From Sphingopyxis sp. (GTDB lineage Bacteria; Pseudomonadota; Alphaproteobacteria; Sphingomonadales; Sphingomonadaceae): a stretch of 64,000 bases of DNA. Positions 10,771 through 21,015 of the stretch are shown here, piece by piece. Within the stretch, counting starts at the first letter, position 1. Each line of letters begins with the position of its first letter. Location of the stretch: positions 4,657 through 68,656 of the forward strand of contig JBGTUD010000003.1 of the NCBI GenBank assembly GCA_041939405.1. The letters are read 5' to 3'. The position numbers and the translations under genes are program-made. The notes beneath the pieces are model-generated. The model was given only the letters and a program-made list of their open reading frames with translations, did not search any database and was not told the DNA's origin.

Positions 10771-13062
10771 ATGAAGGCAATGTTACTGGCCGCGACAGCG
10801 GCCCTTGCAATTCAGCCGATAAACGCGCGGGCGCAGCAGTCCGAGGCCATGCAAGGTGGACGCGAGGACAATTACGATGTGAACGAAATCCTCGTCACGG
10901 CGACCAAGAAGGGGACCGAGGAGCGCGCGCAGGACGTCCCGGTCGCCATCACGGCATTCGGCGATCAGCAGATCAAGGAGTTGAATGTTCGCGACATCAG
11001 CGACCTCAACAGCGTGATCCCCAACGCCGTCCTCGATACAGTGGGGACGTTCAAGGGCGTCGCGGGCTTTTCGATCCGCGGCAATCCGCAACAGGATTCC
11101 ATCCCGACCATCGATCCCACCGTCGGAACCTTCATCGACGGCGTTTATCTCGGCGTCAATTCGGGGGTGATATTCGATACTTACGACCTTGGCAGCATCG
11201 AGGTCCTGCGCGGCCCTCAGGGTATTCTCTTCGGACGAAATGTTGTCGGCGGTGCTGTTCTGGTGAACACGCGGCGCCCCAGCGAAACCTTCATGGCCGA
11301 GGCGAACGTCGACGTGAATTCGGGCCTTCGCGGCACCGGCGCCGAATATATGGCCAACGCCACCATCTCGGGACCGCTCAGTGACCGGATCCAGTTCAAA
11401 GTGGGTGGCTATTACAATCGCGATAATGGCTGGTTCGAGAACCTTGCCAAGAACAAGGCCAATTTCGGCAAATCGCGCACCTGGCTCGCGCGTGCCGCGA
11501 TCCAGGCGCAGCCGACCGACGGCATCGACCTGCTGCTCCGCTACGAACATGGCGACATCGAAGGCGACGGCGCCGTTGCCCAGTCGCAGCCGCGGCGCGA
11601 CGGCACAATCGGCAACGGCGCAGGCTATCGCCGCGGCACCTTCGACGTCGCGGCCGACAATGTCGGCGGGAATTTCACCGACTGGGACCAGTTGACCTTC
11701 GAGACCAATATCGACGTCGGCCTCGGCGACAACGGACAAATCACGAATATTTTCGGATGGCGGCGCGTCGCCCAAGCCGAATGCGCGGACTTCGATGCCA
11801 CCGGGTTCGACCGGGCCAACTCGTCCCAATGTTTGCAGAATCCGGTGGACGCGGCGCCGGTGTTCCTGAAAGACGCTGGGGTACGTCAGGAGCAATTTTC
11901 AAACGAACTTCGCTATTTCGGCCGATTTTCCGATGTCGTAGATCTCACCACGGGTCTCTATTATTTCCATCAGCAGATCGATTACGCCGAAACGCAGTCG
12001 GTGCTGGGGGGCCGGTCACGGCTCTCGGGCGGCGGCGCGCAGGACCAGGATGTATTCGGCGCATTCATCAATCTCGACGCCAGCGTCACCGAACGCCTTA
12101 CCCTGTCGCTGGGCGGACGCTTTACGCATGAAGAAAAATCGATCGAGGTTACGAAGCTGAACGCGCCCAAACCGGGGGCGGCGATCCCGGGATTCTGCAA
12201 TTTCCTGAAGGGCGACTGCCCGATCAATTTCACGGACAGCCAAAGCTGGAACAGTCTCGACCTCAAGATCGGAGCCAAGTACGAGATCAGCCCGACGCTG
12301 CGCCTCTACGGCCATTGGACCACGGCGACGCGCGCGGGCGGCTACAGCGTTCGCGTGAGTGCACCCAACGACCAGCCGGGTCCGGTCAATCCGGAGCAGC
12401 TCAGCAGTTTCGAACTCGGCATCAAGTCGGAGCCGTTCCGCAACAGCCGGTTTAACCTGACCGGCTTCTATTCCAAGGCAAAGGATCTGCAGCGGACGGT
12501 CATCGCGGCGCTCGTCGTCGATGGCGTGCCCTTCGTTGCCCAGACGCGCGCCAACACTGCCGACGCGACCATCTGGGGCATCGAAGCCGAAGGGCTGATC
12601 GGCCTAACCCGCGCCTTCAGCATCAGCGGCACGTTCGGCTATACCAACGCATCCTACGACCGCGTGCTCTACGATCTCAACGGCGACCGACTGATCGACG
12701 CCCGCGACCTTGCACTCGAAATCCCGCGCACACCGAAATATACCTATTCGGTCTCGGCAAGCTATAACTTACCGCTCGGCAACGATGCCGAACTCGCCTC
12801 GCGGGTGACTTACAGCTATGTGGGGTCGCAATTCGCCTCGGATGCCAACCTCGCCTTCCTGCCTTCGCGCAAGACGCTCGACTTCAATCTCGGTTATCGG
12901 CCCGGCAGCGACGCCTGGGACATCGCGCTTTACGGCAAGAACATCCTGAACCAGGCGCAATATACCAGCGACCTCCAACTCCCTGCCGCGCTCGGGACGA
13001 CCTACACCACGATCAAGAAGGGTCGGCAGTTCGGCCTACGCGCCAGCGTCCGCTTTAACTGA
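10771..13062 (+). CDS. TonB-dependent receptor
   Basis: EILVTATKK, IEVLRGPQGILFGRNVVGG, C-terminal GRQFGLRASVRF. Confidence 0.95.
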   Translation: MKAMLLAATAALAIQPINARAQQSEAMQGGREDNYDVNEILVTATKKGTEERAQDVPVAITAFGDQQIKELNVRDISDLNSVIPNAVLDTVGTFKGVAGFSIRGNPQQDSIPTIDPTVGTFIDGVYLGVNSGVIFDTYDLGSIEVLRGPQGILFGRNVVGGAVLVNTRRPSETFMAEANVDVNSGLRGTGAEYMANATISGPLSDRIQFKVGGYYNRDNGWFENLAKNKANFGKSRTWLARAAIQAQPTDGIDLLLRYEHGDIEGDGAVAQSQPRRDGTIGNGAGYRRGTFDVAADNVGGNFTDWDQLTFETNIDVGLGDNGQITNIFGWRRVAQAECADFDATGFDRANSSQCLQNPVDAAPVFLKDAGVRQEQFSNELRYFGRFSDVVDLTTGLYYFHQQIDYAETQSVLGGRSRLSGGGAQDQDVFGAFINLDASVTERLTLSLGGRFTHEEKSIEVTKLNAPKPGAAIPGFCNFLKGDCPINFTDSQSWNSLDLKIGAKYEISPTLRLYGHWTTATRAGGYSVRVSAPNDQPGPVNPEQLSSFELGIKSEPFRNSRFNLTGFYSKAKDLQRTVIAALVVDGVPFVAQTRANTADATIWGIEAEGLIGLTRAFSISGTFGYTNASYDRVLYDLNGDRLIDARDLALEIPRTPKYTYSVSASYNLPLGNDAELASRVTYSYVGSQFASDANLAFLPSRKTLDFNLGYRPGSDAWDIALYGKNILNQAQYTSDLQLPAALGTTYTTIKKGRQFGLRASVRFN

Positions 13063-13082
13063 AGTCTCTCTTCCCCCTGAAC

Positions 13083-13117
13083 GGAAGGACCAGCGCCAGC
13101 CGGTCCTTCCCCTTTTT
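13083..13117 (+). terminator. Rho-independent terminator
   Basis: GGAAGGACC-loop-GGTCCTTCC followed by CCTTTTT, just after the receptor stop codon. Confidence 0.6.
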
Positions 13118-13148
13118 CGTCCGGCGCGCAGCGGGCTGTCGGCCGCAT

Positions 13149-13162
13149 ATTACATGGGCAAT
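13149..13162. promoter_or_regulatory. Operator ATTACA-TG-GGCAAT
   Basis: Matches the 2594 copy at 15 of 16 nt including flanks. Confidence 0.6.
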
Positions 13163-13255
13163 CAAACCGCTCCCGACCTTGTGGACACGCCAAAGCGCCA
13201 TAGAGAAGCAGTGTTCGACGGCCCCGACGGCCCGCATCAGCCAAGGAGGCGCCCC

Positions 13256-14443
13256 ATGAACCTGGAATTCACCCCGGCCCAGCTTGCCTTGCGGGAAGAA
13301 ATCCGAACTTTCGTCGCGGAAGAATATCCCCGCGAATTCCTCGAAAAGAGCCGAAATGGTGAAGAGTTCTCGCGCGAGGATCATATGCGATGGATGAATA
13401 TCCTCGCGCGCAAGGGATGGCTCGCCGCAGGCTGGCCCAAGGAATATGGCGGTCCCGGGTGGAACGATGTCGAGCGTTACATCTTCAAGGAAGAACTGGG
13501 ACGCGCCGGCACCATCGTCCCCTTTTCCATGGGAGCCTCGATGTGCGGCCCCGTGATCATGAAGTTCGGTACGGAAGCGCAGAAGGCGCGGTTTCTTCCG
13601 CCCATCGCGCGCGCCGAAAGCTGGTGGTGCCAGGGCTATAGCGAACCCAATGCCGGTTCGGATCTCGCGGGTCTCAAAACGCGTGCCGAACGCTTCACCG
13701 ACCGCGACGGCCGCGAATATTATCGTGTCAACGGGCAAAAGACCTGGACGACCTACGCGCAGCACGCCGATTGGGGCTTTTTTCTGGTCCGTACCGATCA
13801 GGCCGCAAAGCCGCAGCGGGGTATCAGCTTTCTTCTGATCGACATGGCCTCGCCCGGCATAACGATCCGCCCGATCGAAACGCTGGGCGGCGAACATGAG
13901 GTTAACGAGGTCTGGTTGGACGATGTCATCGTGCCGGTCGAAAATCGCATTCACGGCGAAAATGAAGGCTGGACCTGCGCCAAATATCTGCTCGAGCATG
14001 AACGCTCGAACATCGCCGAGGTCGCGCGCTCGAAACATAATCTCGCCGCGATCGCCGATCAGGTAACAGCTCTCGACGATCCGGCCGATCACGCGATGTT
14101 CGAAGAGCGAATCCTGCGCCTCGAGGTCGCCCTCGCCGCCCTCGAGTTTACCGAACTTCGCGCCCTTTCCGATATCTCCGCCGGCCGCGACCCCGGCCCC
14201 TTGCTGAGCATGCTCAAGACCCGGGGCAGCGAGCTTCAGCAGGAGATCAGCGAACTGGCGCTTGATGTCACCGGCATGGACGGATGCATCGCGAAGGCCG
14301 GCGTGTCCCGCCATAATGCGTCGCGGTCGTCGCACGGCGGCCACGCGGCCGACCGCTACCTCAACATCCGCAAAGTCTCGATCTACGGCGGCTCCAACGA
14401 GATTCAACGCGGGATCATCGCGAAGCACGCGCTTGGCCTCTGA
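13256..14443 (+). CDS. Acyl-CoA dehydrogenase, PimC-like large subunit
   Basis: WCQGYSEPNAGSDLAGLKT, NGQKTWTT, SIYGGSNEIQ. AGGAGG RBS before ATG 13256. Confidence 0.9.
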   Translation: MNLEFTPAQLALREEIRTFVAEEYPREFLEKSRNGEEFSREDHMRWMNILARKGWLAAGWPKEYGGPGWNDVERYIFKEELGRAGTIVPFSMGASMCGPVIMKFGTEAQKARFLPPIARAESWWCQGYSEPNAGSDLAGLKTRAERFTDRDGREYYRVNGQKTWTTYAQHADWGFFLVRTDQAAKPQRGISFLLIDMASPGITIRPIETLGGEHEVNEVWLDDVIVPVENRIHGENEGWTCAKYLLEHERSNIAEVARSKHNLAAIADQVTALDDPADHAMFEERILRLEVALAALEFTELRALSDISAGRDPGPLLSMLKTRGSELQQEISELALDVTGMDGCIAKAGVSRHNASRSSHGGHAADRYLNIRKVSIYGGSNEIQRGIIAKHALGL

Positions 14444-14472
14444 CACGGCATTTTTTTCAAGGAACGGATTCC

Positions 14473-15570
14473 ATGGATTTCGAGTTCAGCGACGAGCAGA
14501 ACATGCTTCGCGACAGCCTCGCCTCCTATCTTTCGGCGCATTATGATTTCGAGGCCCGCCGAGCGGCGGCAAAAGTGCTACCGGGCTGGCGTCCCGACAT
14601 CTGGACCGGTTTCGCCAGGCGGCTGGGGCTGCTGGGCGCGACCTTCGCCGAGGAGAGTGGAGGTCTCGGCGGTGGCCCTATCGAAAATCTCGTCATCATG
14701 GAGGAGCTCGGAAAATGTCTCTCGCTCGAACCATGGCTCGAGACGATCATCATGGCGCGCCCGCTTCTCGAACGCGGCGGCGCGGAGGCTGAGCGGCTGC
14801 TGAGCGCGGTTATCGCCGGAACGGCCATTGTCATTCCCGTTCTTCCGCAAAGGTCCGGAACCGGCGCCCGGTCCCTGCGCATCGTGAACGGCAAACTGAC
14901 CGGCTCGGCAAACGCGGTGCGCCAAGGCGCGATCGCCACGCATTTTGTCGTTGCCGCGCTTGCGGACGATGGAGCTCTTCGCCTTCATATCGTTCCTGCC
15001 GAGGCGGCGGGAATTATTCGCCGCGACCAGCGCGGCGTCGATAGCGGCTGGATTTCGGATATCGACTTTGAAGGAGTCGCCCTGTCCGATACCAGCCGCA
15101 TCGCGGGGGCGGACGCGGCCGAACGGGTGGAAGCCGCATTCGACGCCGGGACTGCGGGGCTTTGCGCGGAAGCGCTCGGCATTCAGCGCCGCTTGCTCGA
15201 CCTCACCGTCGCCTATGCGAAAGAACGCAAGCAGTTCGGCCGGGCGATCGGCGCGTTCCAGGTCTTGCAGCATCGAATGGCCGATATGTTCATGCGCGTC
15301 GAGGAAAGCGTATCGATGACCTATATGGCCGCGATGCGGCTCGATCAGGCACCGCGCCAGCGCGCCGCGGCGGTTGCGATGGCAAAGCTGGCGGTCGACG
15401 AGGCGGCAAGGTTTGTGGGGCAGTCGGCAATCCAGATCCACGGGGGCATGGGAATGACGAAGGAATTGCCGGTCGCCGACTATGTAGCGCGCCTCACCGT
15501 CATCGCGTTCCAACTCGGTTCCAGGGGCGCACAACTGCGCCGCTACAGCGCCAACCGCCTCGCAGCCTGA
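14473..15570 (+). CDS. Acyl-CoA dehydrogenase, PimD-like small subunit
   Basis: MDFEFSDEQNMLRDS, RKQFGRAIGAFQVLQHRMADM, QIHGGMGMT. Shortened C-terminus typical of the partner subunit. Confidence 0.87.
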   Translation: MDFEFSDEQNMLRDSLASYLSAHYDFEARRAAAKVLPGWRPDIWTGFARRLGLLGATFAEESGGLGGGPIENLVIMEELGKCLSLEPWLETIIMARPLLERGGAEAERLLSAVIAGTAIVIPVLPQRSGTGARSLRIVNGKLTGSANAVRQGAIATHFVVAALADDGALRLHIVPAEAAGIIRRDQRGVDSGWISDIDFEGVALSDTSRIAGADAAERVEAAFDAGTAGLCAEALGIQRRLLDLTVAYAKERKQFGRAIGAFQVLQHRMADMFMRVEESVSMTYMAAMRLDQAPRQRAAAVAMAKLAVDEAARFVGQSAIQIHGGMGMTKELPVADYVARLTVIAFQLGSRGAQLRRYSANRLAA

Positions 15571-15575
15571 ACAGG

Positions 15576-15606
15576 AAAGGGGAGCGGCACTGCCGCTCCC
15601 CTTTTT
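15576..15606. terminator. Bidirectional terminator between convergent genes
   Basis: AAAGGGGAGCGGC-ACT-GCCGCTCCCCTTTTT, a perfect stem. Confidence 0.8.
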
Positions 15607-15629
15607 CGTTCCCGCCGTCGATGGCAGGG

Positions 15630-16124
15630 TCAGCCGCCCCAATGCGAACGCCGCTTGGACAGCACGGTGCGATCGATCTGCGCTATTTGCTGGCGTTCCT
15701 GGTTCACACCATAGTGCCGGAACACGACGATACCGGCATCTTCGCGATCTGAATCGCGCTTCTCCAACACCTCGCTATAGGCATAGATCGTGTCGCCGTG
15801 TGTGACCGGGCGCGTCAGCTTCACATTGTCGAGCCCGAGCTCGGCGAGCGCGTTTTCGCAGCAGTCCTGGCTCGCAAGCCCCAGGACCATCGAAAAATTC
15901 ACGCCGCCATAGGAAACGATCTTCCCGCCGCCGAAATTCTTGCCGAGGCGCGCCATCCGATCCTCGTTGAAATGGCCGTCGGCTGTGTTCAGGACCATGT
16001 TGGTAATGAGCACATTGTCGAGGGCGGTAATCGTCTTTCCGCGGGCGTGCTGGTAGACGGCACCGACCTCGAAATCCTCGAAATAATTGTCGCTGCCCGT
16101 GAGCCTTGCCAATTCGGTCATCAT
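15630..16124 (-). CDS. MaoC/hot-dog acyl-CoA hydratase
   Basis: YFEDFEVG...GKTIT..DN...PVTHGDTIYAYSEVLEKR...GIV. Confidence 0.88.
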   Translation of the reverse strand: MMTELARLTGSDNYFEDFEVGAVYQHARGKTITALDNVLITNMVLNTADGHFNEDRMARLGKNFGGGKIVSYGGVNFSMVLGLASQDCCENALAELGLDNVKLTRPVTHGDTIYAYSEVLEKRDSDREDAGIVVFRHYGVNQERQQIAQIDRTVLSKRRSHWGG

Positions 16125-16612
16125 TGGATCTCCTTGCGCACCGCGACCAGGTTCGAGCGGCGAAAGGAGACGACCAGTTCGCCGTCATCGTCGCGACCTT
16201 CGGTCTCCCAGGTTACGATGCCGTTGTCGGGATTGCTGTTCGACAGGCGGGTTTCGACGGTCCTGCTGCGCGCGGTCAAGGTCGTGCCGGGATATACCGG
16301 CCGATGATAGACGAGCTCGAATACGCCGAGGAACGGCCCCCCGATCTCGCTGCAATCCTGGACCGACATGCCGAGGACGATATTGAAGACGAGCTGTGGG
16401 TTCACCACGATATCGGGATGGCCGTGTGCCTTCGCATAGGCGCGATTGAAGTACATCGGATTATAGGACAGCGTCAGCGTCGAAAAAAGCACGGCATCGT
16501 GGTGAAAAATGGTTCGCCCCCAATGATGATCGAAGGTCTGGCCGACCTCGAAATCCTGAAAGAGATGTCCCTTCGGCCACAATTTTGCCTTGTCGAGAAA
16601 TTCGAGACTCAT
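16121..16612 (-). CDS. MaoC/hot-dog acyl-CoA hydratase
   Basis: LFQDFEVGQTFDHHWGRT...GMSVQD...PVYPGTTL...GIVTW. ATGA overlap with the next gene. Confidence 0.88.
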   Translation of the reverse strand: MSLEFLDKAKLWPKGHLFQDFEVGQTFDHHWGRTIFHHDAVLFSTLTLSYNPMYFNRAYAKAHGHPDIVVNPQLVFNIVLGMSVQDCSEIGGPFLGVFELVYHRPVYPGTTLTARSRTVETRLSNSNPDNGIVTWETEGRDDDGELVVSFRRSNLVAVRKEIQ

Positions 16613-16642
16613 CGGAGGTTCCTTTCTTTCGCGCCTGCCCAA

Positions 16643-17515
16643 TCAGGCCCGCGCGTTGATCGCCTCAGCGATCGCCACCAGGCGTCGGGCCTGGTCGAGA
16701 TGGAGGAGCTCTGCCATCTTGCCTCCGACCCGGATGGCACCCTTGCCGGCATTCTCGGGGAGAGCGAAGGCATCGATCACCTGCCCTGCCCATGCCAGTT
16801 CGTCGGCGTCGGGACTGAATATTTCATTGCAGGGTGCGATCTGATCGGGGTGGATGAGCGTCTTGCCGTCGAACCCGAATTCGAGACCCTGGGCCGCTTC
16901 CGCACTGAAAAGATCGACATCCCTGAACTCGTTACAAACGCCGTCGATGACCGAAAGTCCGTTCGCCCGCGCCGCTGCAACTGCAAGCGAGAGGATGGGC
17001 AGAAAGGGTGCGCGGCCCGGAAGCAGTCGCGCCCGGCTCTCTTTCGCCAGGTCGTTCGTCCCCATGATGAACGCCGCGAGCCGGCTCGTTCGGGCGCTGG
17101 CAGCAATTCCATAAAGATTGCCGACCGAGGCACAGGTCTCGATCATGGCCCAAAGCTCGACATGCTCCGGCGCTTTCGAAAGGCGCGCATCGTAAAGCGC
17201 GACATCCGCGTCGCTGCCCACCTTGGGCACGAGAATTGCGTCGGGCCCCGCTACCGCTGCCGCTGCGAGATCATCCTCTCCCCAGGGCGTATCGATGCCG
17301 TTCACCCTGATCACGACTTCGCGATCCCCGAACCCGCCTTCGGCAACCGCGGCGATGGCGGCGTCGCGCGCCGCGTCCTTCGCCTCGGGAGCGACAGCGT
17401 CCTCAAGATCGAGAATGATGCAGTCGGCAGGAAGCGACCGTGCGTTCTCGAGTGCCCGCGCATTCGAGGCCGGCAGGTAAAGGAGGCTGCGCCTCGGGCG
17501 GTCGATCTTCGTCAT
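16643..17515 (-). CDS. CitE-family CoA-ester lyase/thioesterase
   Basis: RPRRSLLYLPASN...DLEDAVAP...MIET...GTNDL...GFDGKTLIHPDQI. Confidence 0.9.
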   Translation of the reverse strand: MTKIDRPRRSLLYLPASNARALENARSLPADCIILDLEDAVAPEAKDAARDAAIAAVAEGGFGDREVVIRVNGIDTPWGEDDLAAAAVAGPDAILVPKVGSDADVALYDARLSKAPEHVELWAMIETCASVGNLYGIAASARTSRLAAFIMGTNDLAKESRARLLPGRAPFLPILSLAVAAARANGLSVIDGVCNEFRDVDLFSAEAAQGLEFGFDGKTLIHPDQIAPCNEIFSPDADELAWAGQVIDAFALPENAGKGAIRVGGKMAELLHLDQARRLVAIAEAINARA

Positions 17516-17623
17516 ATCCTGTCCCCTAGCGGACGCCGTTCGTCCGTCTGCCTCGACTAATTCCCCTGCCCCGGCGGCTCAAGCCGCAGTCGGCGGTCAT
17601 TTCGCTTGTAATATGCGCGTACA

Positions 17624-19270
17624 TCACCGGGCCGTGAACCTCGCATCCTCGATGATCATCTGTGCAGCCTTTTCACCGATCATGATCGCGGGGGCATTGG
17701 TATTGCCCGACACGATCGTCGGCATGATCGAAGCATCGGCAACGCGCAATCCCCGCACCCCGTTCACCCGGAGACGGGGATCGACGACCGCATTGGGTCC
17801 GCTTCCCATCATGCAGGTGCCGACGGGATGGAACATCGTGTTGCCATGTCCGCGGACATAGGCCTCAAGTTCGGTGTCGTTGCCCATGTCGAGACTTTCC
17901 ACCGGCGCAAGACGCTTGACCCATAACGCCTTCATTGCCGGGGTCTGGTAGATGCGGTCCACAAGACGCAGCGCCTGCATCAGCGCCCGAAGATCATCGG
18001 GATGGTCGAGATAATTGGCGTGGATCGCCGGCGCCTCGGCAGGGTCGGCTGAGCGCAGGCGGATCGCGCCCCGCGATTTGGGACGCAGATAGGAGACCGA
18101 GGCCGACCAGCCTGGAAAGCGATGTTCACCCGGCGCGCCGGAGACCATCTCCTCGCTCGAATAGGCACGAAATCCGACCTGCGTGTCCGGCGTGGCTGCA
18201 CCCGGCAGCGATTTGCAGAAGATATAGGCGCTCGACGAACCCGTGGTCAAAAGCCCGTTGCCCCGCCCGTAGAAGCGCAGGATGTGCGGAAGGAGCTTCA
18301 GCCCGCTTGTCTCGCCGTTGAAGCTATACCCCTTGCGCACCTCGTGGACCCAATAGAGATACATATGATCCTGAAGGTTCCGGCCCACCATGGGGCTCGC
18401 GACCCGCGTTTCGATTCCGGCGGAACGCAGCGCTTCACCATCGCCGATCCCCGAGAGCATCAGGATTTGAGGCGCGTTGATCGCACCCGCACTGACGATG
18501 GCCTCGGCGCCGACGTCCACGCGCTTCGTCTCGCCCCTATGCCTGACGATCACCGCCGCCGCGCGCCCATCTTCGATCGCGATGCGCTCGACAAGCGCTT
18601 CGGTCCAGACAACAAGATTGGGGCGCCCCATGGCGGGCCGCAGGAACGCGCTCGCGGTGCTGTGCCGCCGGCCGCGCCGGTCGATCGTGTGATCGATCCA
18701 CCCGATGCCTTCCTGCACGGGGCCATTGAAATCGTCATTATAGGGCAGGCCCGCCGCCACGCCGCCATCGATGAAGGCCCGTGTGGCGCAATGGATACGA
18801 CTTCCCTCTGGCTGTCGCTTCTGCGTGTTCGATACGTGGAGGTCGCCGCCATGACCGTGAAGTTCGGCCCCGGAATTCCAGTGGTCTTCGGATTTTCGAA
18901 AGAGAGGAAGGACATCCTCCCAGCCCCACCCGGTGTTACCGGCCTGCGCCCATTGATCATAATCCTCGGGCTGACCGCGTACATAGGCCATGCCGTTGAT
19001 TGCGCTCGATCCGCCGAGCGTCTTGCCGCGCGGCCAATAGATGCGGCGCCCGCCCAGCGCCGCCTCGGGTTCGGTCCGATAGGGCCAGACAATTTGGGGA
19101 TCGGCGAATATCTTCGCCATGCCGGCCGGAACATGGATCCACATGTTGCGATCTGCGGGTCCCGCCTCAAGCAGAAGGACCGATCGCCTTGGGTCCTCCG
19201 ACAAACGGTTCGCCAGCACGCATCCAGCCGAGCCTGCCCCGATCACCACATAATCAAATTTCATCTTCAT
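17624..19270 (-). CDS. GMC family oxidoreductase (choline/alcohol dehydrogenase-like)
   Basis: [41 protein letters not shown]. Confidence 0.93.
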   Translation of the reverse strand: MKMKFDYVVIGAGSAGCVLANRLSEDPRRSVLLLEAGPADRNMWIHVPAGMAKIFADPQIVWPYRTEPEAALGGRRIYWPRGKTLGGSSAINGMAYVRGQPEDYDQWAQAGNTGWGWEDVLPLFRKSEDHWNSGAELHGHGGDLHVSNTQKRQPEGSRIHCATRAFIDGGVAAGLPYNDDFNGPVQEGIGWIDHTIDRRGRRHSTASAFLRPAMGRPNLVVWTEALVERIAIEDGRAAAVIVRHRGETKRVDVGAEAIVSAGAINAPQILMLSGIGDGEALRSAGIETRVASPMVGRNLQDHMYLYWVHEVRKGYSFNGETSGLKLLPHILRFYGRGNGLLTTGSSSAYIFCKSLPGAATPDTQVGFRAYSSEEMVSGAPGEHRFPGWSASVSYLRPKSRGAIRLRSADPAEAPAIHANYLDHPDDLRALMQALRLVDRIYQTPAMKALWVKRLAPVESLDMGNDTELEAYVRGHGNTMFHPVGTCMMGSGPNAVVDPRLRVNGVRGLRVADASIMPTIVSGNTNAPAIMIGEKAAQMIIEDARFTAR

Positions 19271-19388
19271 CCATCCTAGAGAGCCACGGCCGCTCCAAGA
19301 GGCCGGAGCGCGCCGATTGCGTCGGTTCATTCACCCGCTGCATATTTTCACGCCAATGGACACAGCCACCCCTGCTCTGCCCCTTTCA

Positions 19389-20774
19389 TTACAGGTGTAA
19401 GTGAAGTGCGGCGCTGCGGCGCGCCGCATCCGGTCCCCCGCCCATCGGGGATCCCGGTGCGGACGGGGGCGCCACCAGCGCCATGAGCGGCGCCAATGTC
19501 TCAAGGTGGGCGAAACGGGCAAACTCGGCGAGGATTGCATCCCTGTCGAACCCGCTATCGACGATGCTGCGGAATTTGGCCTCGAGCTTTGCCTGCTGGC
19601 GGCCGAGGTCGCTGAGCGGCACGGCAACGTCATGGCCGGCCATCCGCAAGCCTCCTCCTCGGCAATGAACGCGCGCCTCTGCGTGCGTTCCCTGCGACCG
19701 GGTCACGACCGTGACGCGGTCCCGCAGCGCAAGAATACGGGGCGTGAAGGCAGCGCTGCCTCGAAAAACGGCTGGGTCGGCGGTATCGACGCCTTCCAGC
19801 GTCAGAGCCGCCAAATGCCGAAGCGAGAATTTCACCTGAAGCCCATCCTGGGGTTCGGCGATATTGCAGACGCCGAGGTGCTCCGGGGCGACCGACAATT
19901 CCACCGCCTCGACCTCGTCGGCCGCCAGCCCCTCCGACCGCAAGAAAAGAAGCGCCTCGATCGACGAGTGGGTGAGATAACAGGCCGCGTGATATTTGAA
20001 GAGATTCCCGAAAATATGAAATCCCTGCGGTGGATCTGCAAGGGCAGCATCGGTGTCGGTCGCTTCGGACTGGGTGGCGCCGAAGCCTTGCTCTGCCTCC
20101 AATATATCCGGACTGCTGGTGAATCCGCGCGCGGCCAGCATGGCGGCGCAAAGCCCCGTTTCGGCGGCATGGCCGGCGTGGAGCGGTTTCGCCATGCTCC
20201 CGAACACCGCCTTCAGCCCTGCCGCTTGCGTCCCTGCGATACCGAAGGCATGGCGCGTTCGTAATTCGTCGAGGCCCAGCAGACTCGCGGCGGCTGCGGC
20301 GGCTCCAAAGGCTCCGAAAGTCGCGGTCGAATGCCAGCCTCGGGCATAGTGTGACGGACCCATGAAGCGGCCGATCCGCGTCTCGGTTTCATAACCCGCG
20401 ACAAAGGCATTGATGATGGCCGAGCCGCTCGCACCGATCCGTTCGCCAAGCGCGAGCACTACCGGCGCGAGCGGCGCCGTAGGGTGTCCGATCGCGCTGA
20501 CATCGTCATAGTCGATCGCATGGCCCGCTACACCGTTGAAAAAGGCCGCACGGGTCGCCGGAAACCGGCCCGGCCGTCCAACAAGTCCCGACTGCGCCGC
20601 ACCGCCTTCGTCGAGAAGCAGGTCGTATATCATATCGACCGCTGGCTCCGTCCGCGCCGCCAGCGTTACGCCCATCCAGTCCAGGAGGCATTGCGCCGCA
20701 AGGCGCACGACGTCGGGGGGCAGCCCCTCGAAGCGCTGCGCGCTTGCCCGCTGCGCCAGTGCGCGCGTTATCAT
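19389..20774 (-). CDS. MmgE/PrpD family protein
   Basis: HAIDYDD...GHPT...RGWHST...KPLHAG...KYHAAC. Start trimmed to MITRAL. Confidence 0.9.
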   Translation of the reverse strand: MITRALAQRASAQRFEGLPPDVVRLAAQCLLDWMGVTLAARTEPAVDMIYDLLLDEGGAAQSGLVGRPGRFPATRAAFFNGVAGHAIDYDDVSAIGHPTAPLAPVVLALGERIGASGSAIINAFVAGYETETRIGRFMGPSHYARGWHSTATFGAFGAAAAAASLLGLDELRTRHAFGIAGTQAAGLKAVFGSMAKPLHAGHAAETGLCAAMLAARGFTSSPDILEAEQGFGATQSEATDTDAALADPPQGFHIFGNLFKYHAACYLTHSSIEALLFLRSEGLAADEVEAVELSVAPEHLGVCNIAEPQDGLQVKFSLRHLAALTLEGVDTADPAVFRGSAAFTPRILALRDRVTVVTRSQGTHAEARVHCRGGGLRMAGHDVAVPLSDLGRQQAKLEAKFRSIVDSGFDRDAILAEFARFAHLETLAPLMALVAPPSAPGSPMGGGPDAARRSAALHLHL

Positions 20775-20888
20775 CCTTATCCTCCGCCCATTCCCCGGCC
20801 CTGGCCTTGCCTTCTTCATCCGATGGAAGCAGCCCCCGGCCGGGCAATCAATCGGAAGCGCCGCAAGCGGCGGCGCGCAGGCCCAAGC

Positions 20889-20902
20889 ATCACAGATGCA
20901 AT
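20889..20902. promoter_or_regulatory. Operator ATCACA-GA-TGCAAT
   Basis: In the divergent region between MmgE/PrpD and the MFS gene. Confidence 0.6.
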
Positions 20903-21015
20903 CAATTCCTGCCGGGCTTGTGCCTCGGCCCGGTTCGGCGATGCTGACAATCAAGAGGCGAGCGCCGGACGCGCCGCGATAAAAAATTGGGAGAGGTTCG
21001 ATCAGCCGACATGCC

